A model generated the notes under the pieces. The model was given only the letters and a program-made list of their open reading frames with translations. It was not told the DNA's origin and searched no databases. This document shows positions 19,701 through 28,504 of a stretch of 64,000 nucleotides of DNA, piece by piece (the stretch's first letter is position 1; each line of letters begins with the position of its first letter). The translations under genes were made by a program, and so were the position numbers. The DNA comes from Phycisphaerae bacterium. Lineage in GTDB: Bacteria; Planctomycetota; Phycisphaerae; UBA1845. The DNA lies in assembly GCA_963666835.2 (NCBI GenBank), contig CAXXGO010000005.1, forward strand, positions 64,001 through 128,000, read 5' to 3'.

Positions 19701-21288
19701 CGGTGGTCTCGTTGCAGGAGTCGTTCGTGCAAGCCACGCCGTCGTTGCAGTCGGGCGCCGTGCCGTCCACACAGGATCCGCTTACGCAGTCCTCCGCGCC
19801 GTTGCACCACAGCCCATCATCACAATCGGCCGCTTCGGTGCATCCCGAACTGACCAGGGCCAGAGTGTTCAGCACGTCGATGCGCCCGTAGCCGTAAGCG
19901 CGGTCGTGACCGGTTGTTCCCATATCGATCGCGCCGTCGCGGATGGCCTGCCGCACTTCCGCCGGCGTCAGGTTGCCGTCTACGCCGATTACCAAAGCGG
20001 CAAGACCGGCCACCGTGGGGCAGGACATGCTCGTGCCGCTCATGCCGGTGATCGAACCACCGCCCGAAGCATTGCTGGCCGACCAGATATTTGCACCCGG
20101 GGCGGTCACATCGAGGTAATCACTCTCGTTGCTGAAGCAGCCGACCTCGTCCGTCTCGGGAGCATAATCCGTGCAGATTCCCCAGTTCCAGTTGGTTGTG
20201 TTGTCCTCGCAAGTCGGATAATCGTTCTTCCAGGTCATTCCGACGGAGATGACGTCCGCACCACACGCCGGCGAGCCCATCGCGTTGCTGTTGTTTTCGT
20301 TGCCGGAGGCCGCGACCGCCACCACGCCGTTGGCGACGGCGTTGTTGGCTGCCACCGCCCAACTGTGGGTGCAACTTCCGCTACTGTAACTTCCGGTTCC
20401 GATGCTCATGCTGATCACATCAGCTTGGGCGCCGGATGAGGTCTGGTCTGCGCAGTAGTCGATACCGGCGATGATGTCGCTGTCGTATCCACCGCCACTG
20501 CTATTAAGGACCTTGACTCCAATCAGCGTGGCGCCGGGGGCAACACCCTGGAGCGGCATTGAGCCGGTGCCGCACGGATCCCAGCTAAGCCCCGTGCCGC
20601 CGGCGGCGATCCCGGCACAGTGCGAGCCGTGTCCGTTATCGTCCTCCGGGTTGGAGTCGTCGTTGTAGAAGTCGTATCCGGCCGATGTGTCGATCCGATC
20701 CGAGTACATTACGTGGTCCGAGTCGATACCCGTGTCGACGATGCAGATGCGCACCCCGGCACCGTCTGCCGAGTAGCCGGCCCCCGTGATCTGGCTCTGC
20801 AGACCGCGGATTAGCGGAATGCTGTCGTGGAGCCGGAGCACGTTCGGATGGTATTCGTCTTTCTCCACCCTGAGCACGCCAGGCAACTTGCGCAGTTCTT
20901 CGACCTGATCTACGGGGATATCGCGCAGGTTGATAACGCCCGGCATGGCGGCACCGTACTCATACTTGACGATCCCGTCCTGCTGAGTCGCAAAGGCCCG
21001 CACATTTGCGCGTTCGCTGGACCTGCTTTTGGTAGCGGTGTCCATGTAGACGAGCACGCTTGTCAGCCCTACCCTGGCCCGAGGGCCGTCCACCGAGGTC
21101 GGGTCGGTTGGCGCCGCCGTGCCGCTCAGCTGGCCGGGCGTGCGCGATCCGACCGAATCGTCGTACCGGTCGTCAACCTGGAGCATGGACTCCCGGTAGA
21201 CGTCATCGGCGGCCAAGGCGGTACCCGTCCCGAAGGTAACCGCTGCAGCCACCATCATGACCCACATCCAGTCTCTTCCTCTCATCAT
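15286..21288 (-). CDS. Secreted S8 subtilisin-like protease, 2000 aa, with Cys-rich repeats, lectin-like central region, MAM domain and C-terminal jelly-roll domain (copy 1)
   Basis: Signal peptide; catalytic motifs IVDTGID, HGSHCAG, GTSMSCP; CDDGVxCTDDSCNE repeats; MAM-like WTRKSGSTSSSSTGP..FWYHMYG..MAVDDI. Confidence 0.93.
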   Translation of the reverse strand: MMRGRDWMWVMMVAAAVTFGTGTALAADDVYRESMLQVDDRYDDSVGSRTPGQLSGTAAPTDPTSVDGPRARVGLTSVLVYMDTATKSRSSERANVRAFATQQDGIVKYEYGAAMPGVINLRDIPVDQVEELRKLPGVLRVEKDEYHPNVLRLHDSIPLIRGLQSQITGAGYSADGAGVRICIVDTGIDSDHVMYSDRIDTSAGYDFYNDDSNPEDDNGHGSHCAGIAAGGTGLSWDPCGTGSMPLQGVAPGATLIGVKVLNSSGGGYDSDIIAGIDYCADQTSSGAQADVISMSIGTGSYSSGSCTHSWAVAANNAVANGVVAVAASGNENNSNAMGSPACGADVISVGMTWKNDYPTCEDNTTNWNWGICTDYAPETDEVGCFSNESDYLDVTAPGANIWSASNASGGGSITGMSGTSMSCPTVAGLAALVIGVDGNLTPAEVRQAIRDGAIDMGTTGHDRAYGYGRIDVLNTLALVSSGCTEAADCDDGLWCNGAEDCVSGSCVDGTAPDCNDGVACTNDSCNETTDSCDNVADDGNCDNGDYCDGAETCHATLGCQAGTAVDCDDGVACTDDSCNETTDSCDNVTNDANCDNGAYCDGAETCHATLGCQSGTAVDCDDGVGCTDDSCNETTDSCDNVTNDANCDNGAFCDGAETCDATLDCQSGSDPCPGQLCDESTDSCYDCQEDADCADGLYCNGEEQCVGGVCQAGTAVDCDDGVGCTDDSCNETTDTCDNIANDANCDNGTYCDGAETCHATLGCQSGTAVDCDDGVSCTDDSCNESTDSCDNIANDSLCDNGVYCDGAEVCHITLGCQSGTAVDCDDGVSCTDDSCNESTDSCDNVANDANCDNGLWCDGTETCDSVYDCQAGTDPCPGQSCDEVNDECLAGPTAQLEADTLTVGDTAVTVDLVNSYVSPVVVCSVQYYNNSIPVVARVDSVTSNSFDVWLENPSGSAVASETVSYLVVEEGTWTIDGVAIEAQTYLSTVTDENGSWVGETQTYNQTYTDPVVLGQVMTANDAWSVFWCQGSARTNPPSSTTLVTGKTVCEDPDTTRSDETIGFIVFEADHGTIGDVEFEALLGTDTVLGVSNSPPYTYTFDSAFASAPTVAVTTMAGVDGANGGWSYTYGASPTTATTIDLVIDEDQLADTERNHINEQVGYVVFETAVAYPSGPECSVPADCDDGLYCNGAEDCVDGSCVAGTAIDCSDGVDCTDDSCNESTDSCDNVTNDANCDNGLYCDGAEVCDSVTGCEAGTAVDCDDGVACTDDSCNETTDSCDNVANDDNCDNGLYCDGDEWCDAASDCQSGTAVDCDDGVGCTDDSCNETTDSCDNVTNDANCDNGAFCDGTETCDATLDCQSGSDPCPGQLCDESTDTCYDCLENADCADGVYCNGEEQCVDGVCEAGTAVDCDDGVGCTDDSCNETTDSCDNIANDNLCDNGDYCDGAETCDAALDCQTGAAVDCDDGVSCTDDSCNESTDSCDNIANDSLCDNGVYCDGAEVCHITLGCQSGTAVDCDDGVSCTDDSCNESTDSCDNVANDANCDNGLWCDGTETCDAVNDCQAGVEPCESGEYCNEETDTCESVECVEDEDCDDDNACTTDTCVDGVCYNECDVTVSSYPYTEGFESGFGDWVNMTGDDMDWTRKSGSTSSSSTGPSAAHGGSYYVYTESSSPNYPSKTALLEGPCFDLANTSEVELTFWYHMYGTSMGTLNVEVSEDCTSWTNVWSLSGNQGNSWYEATVDLTAYVGKTITIRFHGVTGTSYRSDMAVDDITVDVTAAISCTGDAECDDGLFCNGAETCVSNLCQPGSDPCPGQTCDEISDTCVAGPAVKYSWNMDTDPGWTTAGQWAWGQPTGSGGASHGNADPSSGYTGSNVYGYNLSGDYTNNLAETNLTSTAIDCTNLTDVTVKFWRWLNVEQPRYDHAYLRVSNNGSTWTTVWENSAEVTDSAWSQMEYDISAVADGEGTVYLRWTMGTTDSSWLYSGWNVDDVEIWAIGTP

Positions 21289-21509
21289 CCATTCCTCCTG
21301 CAGAACCTCACGTCCACCTGACTACGGACACCCGGCACTGCTGTAAGTGCCGCGAGCCCGCCACGTTGATACTCGATTTGTTGCGAAGAAGAAGTGCCGA
21401 CTCCGGGTTGTCCGGTTACTCGTACGCACCATGCTCTGGTTTCCCGTGGATGGCCCGCCAACGAATCGCTGACGCGCCGGGTACACCGTAAGAAATCGCA
21501 ACCAGAGTC

Positions 21510-21538
21510 AGTGTAACGTCCTAGAAAAACAAGAACAA
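21510..21538 (-). promoter_or_regulatory. sigma70-like promoter for the S8 protease (duplicated at ~28117-28145)
   Basis: TTGTTC-17 nt-TACACT. Confidence 0.45.
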
Positions 21539-21892
21539 GGTTTTCTTTCTTCGGGAGGGCCGTTCGGTGTCTCGCGGACTCCTTTGATCGCGTTTGGCTC
21601 TCCATGAAGCCTCCGCGGACTGCCGGCAGCTCGAGCAGACGCTATCGTGACGCGCGGTCTTGAGGTTTCTTCAGACTTCTTTGCGCTGAGGCCTCGTTTT
21701 CCCTTGCCTTCGCGGATCAGAACGGTTGTCGTGTTCGTCGTATGAAATAAAGAACGGGCCGGAGCACGCGCACGCGCCCCGGCCCGACTATTACTCTTTT
21801 GTACAGGGTGTCTTGCCGACGTCACGGTATCACAATTACCGACCGGAACGCTGCCTGGTCGGTCCGACCGTGCCCTGTATCAGCTCGGCGTT

Positions 21893-24800
21893 TCAAGGGG
21901 TGCCGATCGCCCAGATCTCCACGTCGTCGACATTCCAGCCGCTGTAGAGCCAGCTACTGTCCGTCGTACCCATCGTCCACCGCAGATACACCGTACCCTC
22001 ACCGTCCGCCACGGCCGAGATGTCGTACTCCATCTGGCTCCAGGCGGAATCGGTAACCTCGGCGGAGTTCTCCCAAACGGTCGTCCAAGTGCTGCCGTTG
22101 TTGCTTACCCGCAGGTAAGCGTGGTCGTACCTGGGCTGCTCGACATTCAGCCAGCGCCAGAACTTGACCGTGACATCGGTCAGGTTGGTGCAGTCGATTG
22201 CGGTCGAGGTCAGGTTTGTCTCGGCGAGGTTGTTGGTGTAATCGCCGGACAGGTTGTAGCCGTATACGTTGCTGCCGGTATACCCGCTACTCGGGTCGGC
22301 GTTTCCATGGGAAGCCCCGCCACTTCCGGTCGGCTGTCCCCAGGCCCATTGGCCCGCGGTCGTCCATCCCGGATCAGTGTCCATGTTCCACGAATACTTG
22401 ACCGCCGGTCCCGCGACACAGGTGTCGGAGATCTCATCGCAAGTCTGCCCCGGACACGGATCCGATCCCGGTTGGCAGAGGTTGCTGACGCAGGTTTCCG
22501 CGCCGTTGCAGAACAGGCCGTCGTCGCACTCCGCATCACCGGTGCAGGAGATGGCCGCCGTTACGTCCACGGTAATGTCGTCGACCGCCATATCGCTGCG
22601 ATAGCTGGTGCCGGTGACTCCGTGGAAGCGGATGGTGATCGTCTTGCCGACGTAGGCGGTCAGATCGACGGTCGCCTCGTACCACGAGTTGCCTTGATTC
22701 CCGGACAGGCTCCATACATTCGTCCAGCTTGTGCAATCTTCGGATACCTCGACGTTCAGCGTGCCCATCGACGTTCCGTACATGTGATACCAGAAGGTCA
22801 GCTCTACCTCGCTGGTATTGGCCAGATCGAAGCACGGGCCCTCGAGCAGGGCCGTCTTGCTCGGGTAGTTCGGGCTCGACGACTCGGTGTAGACATAATA
22901 CGACCCGCCGTGGGCCGCGGAGGGACCGGTGCTGCTCGACGACGTCGAACCGCTCTTTCTGGTCCAGTCCATGTCATCGCCCGTCATGTTGACCCAATCG
23001 CCGAAGCCGCTTTCGAAACCTTCAGTATAAGGATACGAGGAGACGGTGACGTCGCACTCGTTGTAGCAGACCCCGTCGACACAGGTGTCCGTCGTACAAG
23101 CGTTGTCGTCGTCACAGTCCTCGTCTTCCACGCACTCGACTGACTCGCACGTGTCGGTTTCTTCGTTGCAGTATTCGCCCGATTCGCACGGCTCAACTCC
23201 CGCCTGGCAGTCATTGACCGCATCGCAGGTCTCGGTTCCGTCACACCACAGACCATTGTCGCAGTTAGCGTCGTTGGCCACGTTGTCACACGAATCCGTC
23301 GACTCATTACACGAATCATCCGTGCAGCTCACGCCGTCGTCGCAATCCACCGCCGTGCCGGACTGGCAACCCAGCGTGATGTGGCAGACCTCGGCTCCGT
23401 CGCAATACACGCCGTTGTCACACAGGCTGTCGTTGGCGATGTTGTCGCACGAGTCGGTACTCTCGTTGCAGGAATCGTCCGTGCAGCTTACGCCGTCGTC
23501 GCAGTCCACGGCAGCGCCGGTCTGGCAGTCGAGGGCGGCGTCGCAAGTCTCCGCCCCGTCACAGTAATCGCCGTTGTCGCACAGGTTGTCGTTCGCGATG
23601 TTGTCGCACGAGTCGGTGGTCTCGTTGCACGAGTCATCCGTACAACCGACCCCGTCGTCGCAGTCCACCGCGGTACCGGCCTCGCAGACTCCGTCGACGC
23701 ATTGCTCTTCGCCGTTGCAGTACACGCCGTCGGCGCAATCCGCATTCTCCAGGCAGTCATAGCAGGTATCGGTGCTTTCGTCGCAAAGCTGCCCCGGACA
23801 CGGGTCGCTGCCCGACTGGCAATCCAAGGTTGCGTCGCAAGTCTCGGTTCCGTCGCAGAACGCGCCATTGTCGCAGTTGGCATCGTTGGTGACGTTGTCG
23901 CACGAATCGGTGGTCTCGTTGCACGAGTCGTCCGTGCAGCCGACCCCGTCGTCGCAGTCGACGGCCGTTCCCGATTGGCAATCGGAGGCGGCGTCACACC
24001 ACTCGTCTCCGTCGCAATACAGGCCGTTATCGCAATTGTCGTCGTTCGCAACGTTGTCGCACGAATCTGTGGTCTCGTTGCACGAATCATCGGTGCAAGC
24101 GACGCCGTCATCGCAGTCCACGGCGGTGCCTGCCTCGCAACCGGTAACCGAATCACAGACCTCCGCCCCGTCGCAGTAAAGACCATTATCGCAGTTGGCG
24201 TCGTTAGTGACGTTATCGCAAGAGTCCGTACTCTCGTTGCAGGAATCGTCGGTGCAGTCGACCCCATCGCTGCAGTCGATTGCCGTACCCGCAACACACG
24301 AGCCGTCGACACAGTCCTCAGCTCCGTTGCAGTACAGCCCATCGTCGCAGTCCGCCGGGACGGAGCATTCCGGCCCGGACGGATACGCGACTGCCGTCTC
24401 GAACACAACATAGCCGACCTGCTCGTTAATGTGGTTGCGCTCGGTATCGGCGAGCTGATCCTCGTCGATCACCAGATCTATCGTCGTGGCAGTAGTAGGA
24501 CTTGCGCCGTAGGTATACGACCACCCACCGTTAGCACCGTCTACGCCGGCCATCGTCGTGACTGCCACCGTCGGCGCAGAGGCGAAAGCACTATCGAACG
24601 TGTATGTGTAAGGTGGCGAGTTGCTCACTCCAAGGACCGTATCAGTGCCCAGCAGAGCCTCGAACTCGACATCACCGATCGTCCCGTGATCGGCCTCGAA
24701 CACAATGAAGCCAATGGTCTCATCCGACCGGGTCGTATCCGGGTCTTCGCATACGGTCTTGCCGGTCACCAGCGTGGTTGAAGACGGCGGATTGGTCCGC

Positions 24801-27800
24801 GCGCTACCCTGGCACCAGAAGACCGACCAAGCATCGTTAGCCGTCATGACTTGGCCGAGCACCACCGGATCCGTGTAGGTCTGATTGTAGGTTTGAGTCT
24901 CGCCAACCCAACTGCCGTTCTCGTCGGTTACGGTTGAGAGATAGGTTTGAGCCTCGATGGCCACTCCGTCAATCGTCCAGGTGCCTTCTTCGACCACCAG
25001 GTAACTGACGGTCTCAGACGCAACCGCACTGCCCGACGGGTTCTCCAACCACACGTCGAAGCTGTTCGACGTAACAGAGTCGACCCGAGCGACGACGGGG
25101 ATGCTGTTGTTATAGTACTGCACCGAGCAGACCACTACCGGGCTAACGTAGCTGTTGACCAAGTCGACGGTCACCGCCGTGTCGCCCACCGTCAACGTAT
25201 CCGCCTCCAGTTGGGCCGTCGGACCGGCAAGGCACTCGTCATTCACTTCGTCGCAGCTCTGACCAGGACAAGGATCCGTGCCGGCCTGACAATCGTACAC
25301 GGAGTCACACGTCTCCGTCCCATCACACCACAGACCATTGTCGCAGTTAGCATCGTTGGCCACGTTGTCACACGAATCCGTCGACTCATTACACGAATCA
25401 TCCGTGCAGCTCACGCCATCGTCGCAATCCACCGCCGTGCCGGACTGGCAACCCAGCGTGATGTGGCAGACCTCGGCTCCGTCGCAATACACGCCGTTGT
25501 CACACAGGCTGTCGTTGGCGATGTTGTCGCACGAGTCGGTACTCTCGTTGCAGGAATCGTCCGTGCAGCTTACGCCGTCGTCGCAGTCCACGGCTGTCCC
25601 GGACTGGCAACCGAGTGTGGCGTGACAAGTCTCCGCTCCGTCACAGTAAGTGCCGTTATCGCAGTTTGCGTCATTGGCGATGTTGTCGCACGTATCGGTG
25701 GTCTCGTTGCACGAGTCATCCGTGCAGCCGACGCCGTCGTCGCAGTCCACCGCGGTACCGGCCTGACAAACTCCGCCGACGCATTGCTCTTCGCCGTTGC
25801 AATACAAGCCGTCGGCGCAATCCGCATCCTCCTGGCAGTCATAGCAGGAATCGGTGCTTTCGTCGCAGAGCTGCCCCGGACACGGGTCACTGCCGGATTG
25901 GCAATCCAAGGTTGCGTCACAGGTCTCTGCGCCGTCGCAGAACGCGCCATTGTCGCAGTTGGCGTCGTTCGTGACGTTGTCGCACGAGTCGGTGGTCTCG
26001 TTGCACGAGTCGTCCGTGCAGCCGACCCCGTCGTCGCAGTCGACGGCCGTTCCCGATTGGCAACCCAAGGTGGCGTGGCACGTTTCCGCCCCGTCACAGT
26101 AGGCGCCATTGTCGCAGTTGGCGTCGTTCGTGACGTTGTCGCACGAGTCGGTGGTCTCGTTGCACGAATCATCTGTGCAAGCGACGCCGTCGTCGCAGTC
26201 CACGGCGGTGCCCGCCTGGCAGCCCAATGTGGCGTGGCAGGTTTCAGCTCCGTCGCAGTAATCGCCGTTATCGCAGTTGCCGTCGTCGGCGACGTTATCG
26301 CACGAATCGGTGGTCTCGTTGCAGGAGTCGTTCGTGCAAGCCACGCCGTCGTTGCAGTCGGGCGCCGTGCCGTCCACACAGGATCCGCTTACGCAGTCCT
26401 CCGCGCCGTTGCACCACAGCCCATCATCACAATCGGCCGCTTCGGTGCATCCCGAACTGACCAGGGCCAGAGTGTTCAGCACGTCGATGCGCCCGTAGCC
26501 GTAAGCGCGGTCGTGACCGGTTGTTCCCATATCGATCGCGCCGTCGCGGATGGCCTGCCGCACTTCCGCCGGCGTCAGGTTGCCGTCTACGCCGATTACC
26601 AAAGCGGCAAGACCGGCCACCGTGGGGCAGGACATGCTCGTGCCGCTCATGCCGGTGATCGAACCACCGCCCGAAGCATTGCTGGCCGACCAGATATTTG
26701 CACCCGGGGCGGTCACATCGAGGTAATCACTCTCGTTGCTGAAGCAGCCGACCTCGTCCGTCTCGGGAGCATAATCCGTGCAGATTCCCCAGTTCCAGTT
26801 GGTTGTGTTGTCCTCGCAAGTCGGATAATCGTTCTTCCAGGTCATTCCGACGGAGATGACGTCCGCACCACACGCCGGCGAGCCCATCGCGTTGCTGTTG
26901 TTTTCGTTGCCGGAGGCCGCGACCGCCACCACGCCGTTGGCGACGGCGTTGTTGGCTGCCACCGCCCAACTGTGGGTGCAACTTCCGCTACTGTAACTTC
27001 CGGTTCCGATGCTCATGCTGATCACATCAGCTTGGGCGCCGGATGAGGTCTGGTCTGCGCAGTAGTCGATACCGGCGATGATGTCGCTGTCGTATCCACC
27101 GCCACTGCTATTAAGGACCTTGACTCCAATCAGCGTGGCGCCGGGGGCAACACCCTGGAGCGGCATTGAGCCGGTGCCGCACGGATCCCAGCTAAGCCCC
27201 GTGCCGCCGGCGGCGATCCCGGCACAGTGCGAGCCGTGTCCGTTATCGTCCTCCGGGTTGGAGTCGTCGTTGTAGAAGTCGTATCCGGCCGATGTGTCGA
27301 TCCGATCCGAGTACATTACGTGGTCCGAGTCGATACCCGTGTCGACGATGCAGATGCGCACCCCGGCACCGTCTGCCGAGTAGCCGGCCCCCGTGATCTG
27401 GCTCTGCAGACCGCGGATTAGCGGAATGCTGTCGTGGAGCCGGAGCACGTTCGGATGGTATTCGTCTTTCTCCACCCTGAGCACGCCAGGCAACTTGCGC
27501 AGTTCTTCGACCTGATCTACGGGGATATCGCGCAGGTTGATAACGCCCGGCATGGCGGCACCGTACTCATACTTGACGATCCCGTCCTGCTGAGTCGCAA
27601 AGGCCCGCACATTTGCGCGTTCGCTGGACCTGCTTTTGGTAGCGGTGTCCATGTAGACGAGCACGCTTGTCAGCCCTACCCTGGCCCGAGGGCCGTCCAC
27701 CGAGGTCGGGTCGGTTGGCGCCGCCGTGCCGCTCAGCTGGCCGGGCGTGCGCGATCCGACCGAATCGTCGTACCGGTCGTCAACCTGGAGCATGGACTCC

Positions 27801-27895
27801 CGGTAGACGTCATCGGCGGCCAAGGCGGTACCCGTCCCGAAGGTAACCGCTGCAGCCACCATCATGACCCACATCCAGTCTCTTCCTCTCATCAT
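21893..27895 (-). CDS. Secreted S8 protease, copy 2 (protein identical to copy 1)
   Basis: Same translation as 15286..21288; its synonymous 3' SNPs match the third gene. Confidence 0.9.
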   Translation of the reverse strand: MMRGRDWMWVMMVAAAVTFGTGTALAADDVYRESMLQVDDRYDDSVGSRTPGQLSGTAAPTDPTSVDGPRARVGLTSVLVYMDTATKSRSSERANVRAFATQQDGIVKYEYGAAMPGVINLRDIPVDQVEELRKLPGVLRVEKDEYHPNVLRLHDSIPLIRGLQSQITGAGYSADGAGVRICIVDTGIDSDHVMYSDRIDTSAGYDFYNDDSNPEDDNGHGSHCAGIAAGGTGLSWDPCGTGSMPLQGVAPGATLIGVKVLNSSGGGYDSDIIAGIDYCADQTSSGAQADVISMSIGTGSYSSGSCTHSWAVAANNAVANGVVAVAASGNENNSNAMGSPACGADVISVGMTWKNDYPTCEDNTTNWNWGICTDYAPETDEVGCFSNESDYLDVTAPGANIWSASNASGGGSITGMSGTSMSCPTVAGLAALVIGVDGNLTPAEVRQAIRDGAIDMGTTGHDRAYGYGRIDVLNTLALVSSGCTEAADCDDGLWCNGAEDCVSGSCVDGTAPDCNDGVACTNDSCNETTDSCDNVADDGNCDNGDYCDGAETCHATLGCQAGTAVDCDDGVACTDDSCNETTDSCDNVTNDANCDNGAYCDGAETCHATLGCQSGTAVDCDDGVGCTDDSCNETTDSCDNVTNDANCDNGAFCDGAETCDATLDCQSGSDPCPGQLCDESTDSCYDCQEDADCADGLYCNGEEQCVGGVCQAGTAVDCDDGVGCTDDSCNETTDTCDNIANDANCDNGTYCDGAETCHATLGCQSGTAVDCDDGVSCTDDSCNESTDSCDNIANDSLCDNGVYCDGAEVCHITLGCQSGTAVDCDDGVSCTDDSCNESTDSCDNVANDANCDNGLWCDGTETCDSVYDCQAGTDPCPGQSCDEVNDECLAGPTAQLEADTLTVGDTAVTVDLVNSYVSPVVVCSVQYYNNSIPVVARVDSVTSNSFDVWLENPSGSAVASETVSYLVVEEGTWTIDGVAIEAQTYLSTVTDENGSWVGETQTYNQTYTDPVVLGQVMTANDAWSVFWCQGSARTNPPSSTTLVTGKTVCEDPDTTRSDETIGFIVFEADHGTIGDVEFEALLGTDTVLGVSNSPPYTYTFDSAFASAPTVAVTTMAGVDGANGGWSYTYGASPTTATTIDLVIDEDQLADTERNHINEQVGYVVFETAVAYPSGPECSVPADCDDGLYCNGAEDCVDGSCVAGTAIDCSDGVDCTDDSCNESTDSCDNVTNDANCDNGLYCDGAEVCDSVTGCEAGTAVDCDDGVACTDDSCNETTDSCDNVANDDNCDNGLYCDGDEWCDAASDCQSGTAVDCDDGVGCTDDSCNETTDSCDNVTNDANCDNGAFCDGTETCDATLDCQSGSDPCPGQLCDESTDTCYDCLENADCADGVYCNGEEQCVDGVCEAGTAVDCDDGVGCTDDSCNETTDSCDNIANDNLCDNGDYCDGAETCDAALDCQTGAAVDCDDGVSCTDDSCNESTDSCDNIANDSLCDNGVYCDGAEVCHITLGCQSGTAVDCDDGVSCTDDSCNESTDSCDNVANDANCDNGLWCDGTETCDAVNDCQAGVEPCESGEYCNEETDTCESVECVEDEDCDDDNACTTDTCVDGVCYNECDVTVSSYPYTEGFESGFGDWVNMTGDDMDWTRKSGSTSSSSTGPSAAHGGSYYVYTESSSPNYPSKTALLEGPCFDLANTSEVELTFWYHMYGTSMGTLNVEVSEDCTSWTNVWSLSGNQGNSWYEATVDLTAYVGKTITIRFHGVTGTSYRSDMAVDDITVDVTAAISCTGDAECDDGLFCNGAETCVSNLCQPGSDPCPGQTCDEISDTCVAGPAVKYSWNMDTDPGWTTAGQWAWGQPTGSGGASHGNADPSSGYTGSNVYGYNLSGDYTNNLAETNLTSTAIDCTNLTDVTVKFWRWLNVEQPRYDHAYLRVSNNGSTWTTVWENSAEVTDSAWSQMEYDISAVADGEGTVYLRWTMGTTDSSWLYSGWNVDDVEIWAIGTP

Positions 27896-28504
27896 CCATT
27901 CCTCCTGCAGAACCTCACGTCCACCTGACTACGGACACCCGGCACTGCTGTAAGTGCCGCGAGCCCGCCACGTTGATACTCGATTTGTTGCGAAGAAGAA
28001 GTGCCGACTCCGGGTTGTCCGGTTACTCGTACGCACCATGCTCTGGTTTCCCGTGGATGGCCCGCCAACGAATCGCTGACGCGCCGGGTACACCGTAAGA
28101 AATCGCAACCAGAGTCAGTGTAACGTCCTAGAAAAACAAGAACAAGGTTTTCTTTCTTCGGGAGGGCCGTTCGGTGTCGCGCGGACTCCTTTAATCGCGT
28201 TTGGCTCTCCATGAAGCCTCCGCGGACTGCCGGCAGCTCGAGCAGACGCTATCGTGACGCGCGGTCTTGAGGTTTCTTCAGACTTCTTTGCGCTGAGGCC
28301 TCGTTTTCCCTTGCCTTGCCTTCGCGGATCAGAACGGTTGTCGTGTTCGTCGTATGAAATAAAGAACGGGCCGGAGCACGCGCACGCGCCCCGGCCCGAC
28401 TATTACTCTTTTGTACAGGGTGTCTTGCCGACGTCACGGTATCACAATTACCGACCGGAACGCTGCCTGGTCGGTCCGACCGTGCCCTGTATCAGCTCGG
28501 CGTT

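Larger units (their letters stand above)
15139..28357. repeat. Tandem duplication of a ~6.6-kb unit (periods 6607 and 6612 bp)
   Basis: Two ORFs with identical 2000-aa translations at offset 6607; intergenic copies differ by 2 SNPs and a 5-bp GCCTT indel. Confidence 0.92.

Noticed and set aside
16460..19840. Periodic repeats suggesting a CRISPR array
   Set aside because: They are in-frame Cys-rich protein repeats with no unique spacers and no cas genes
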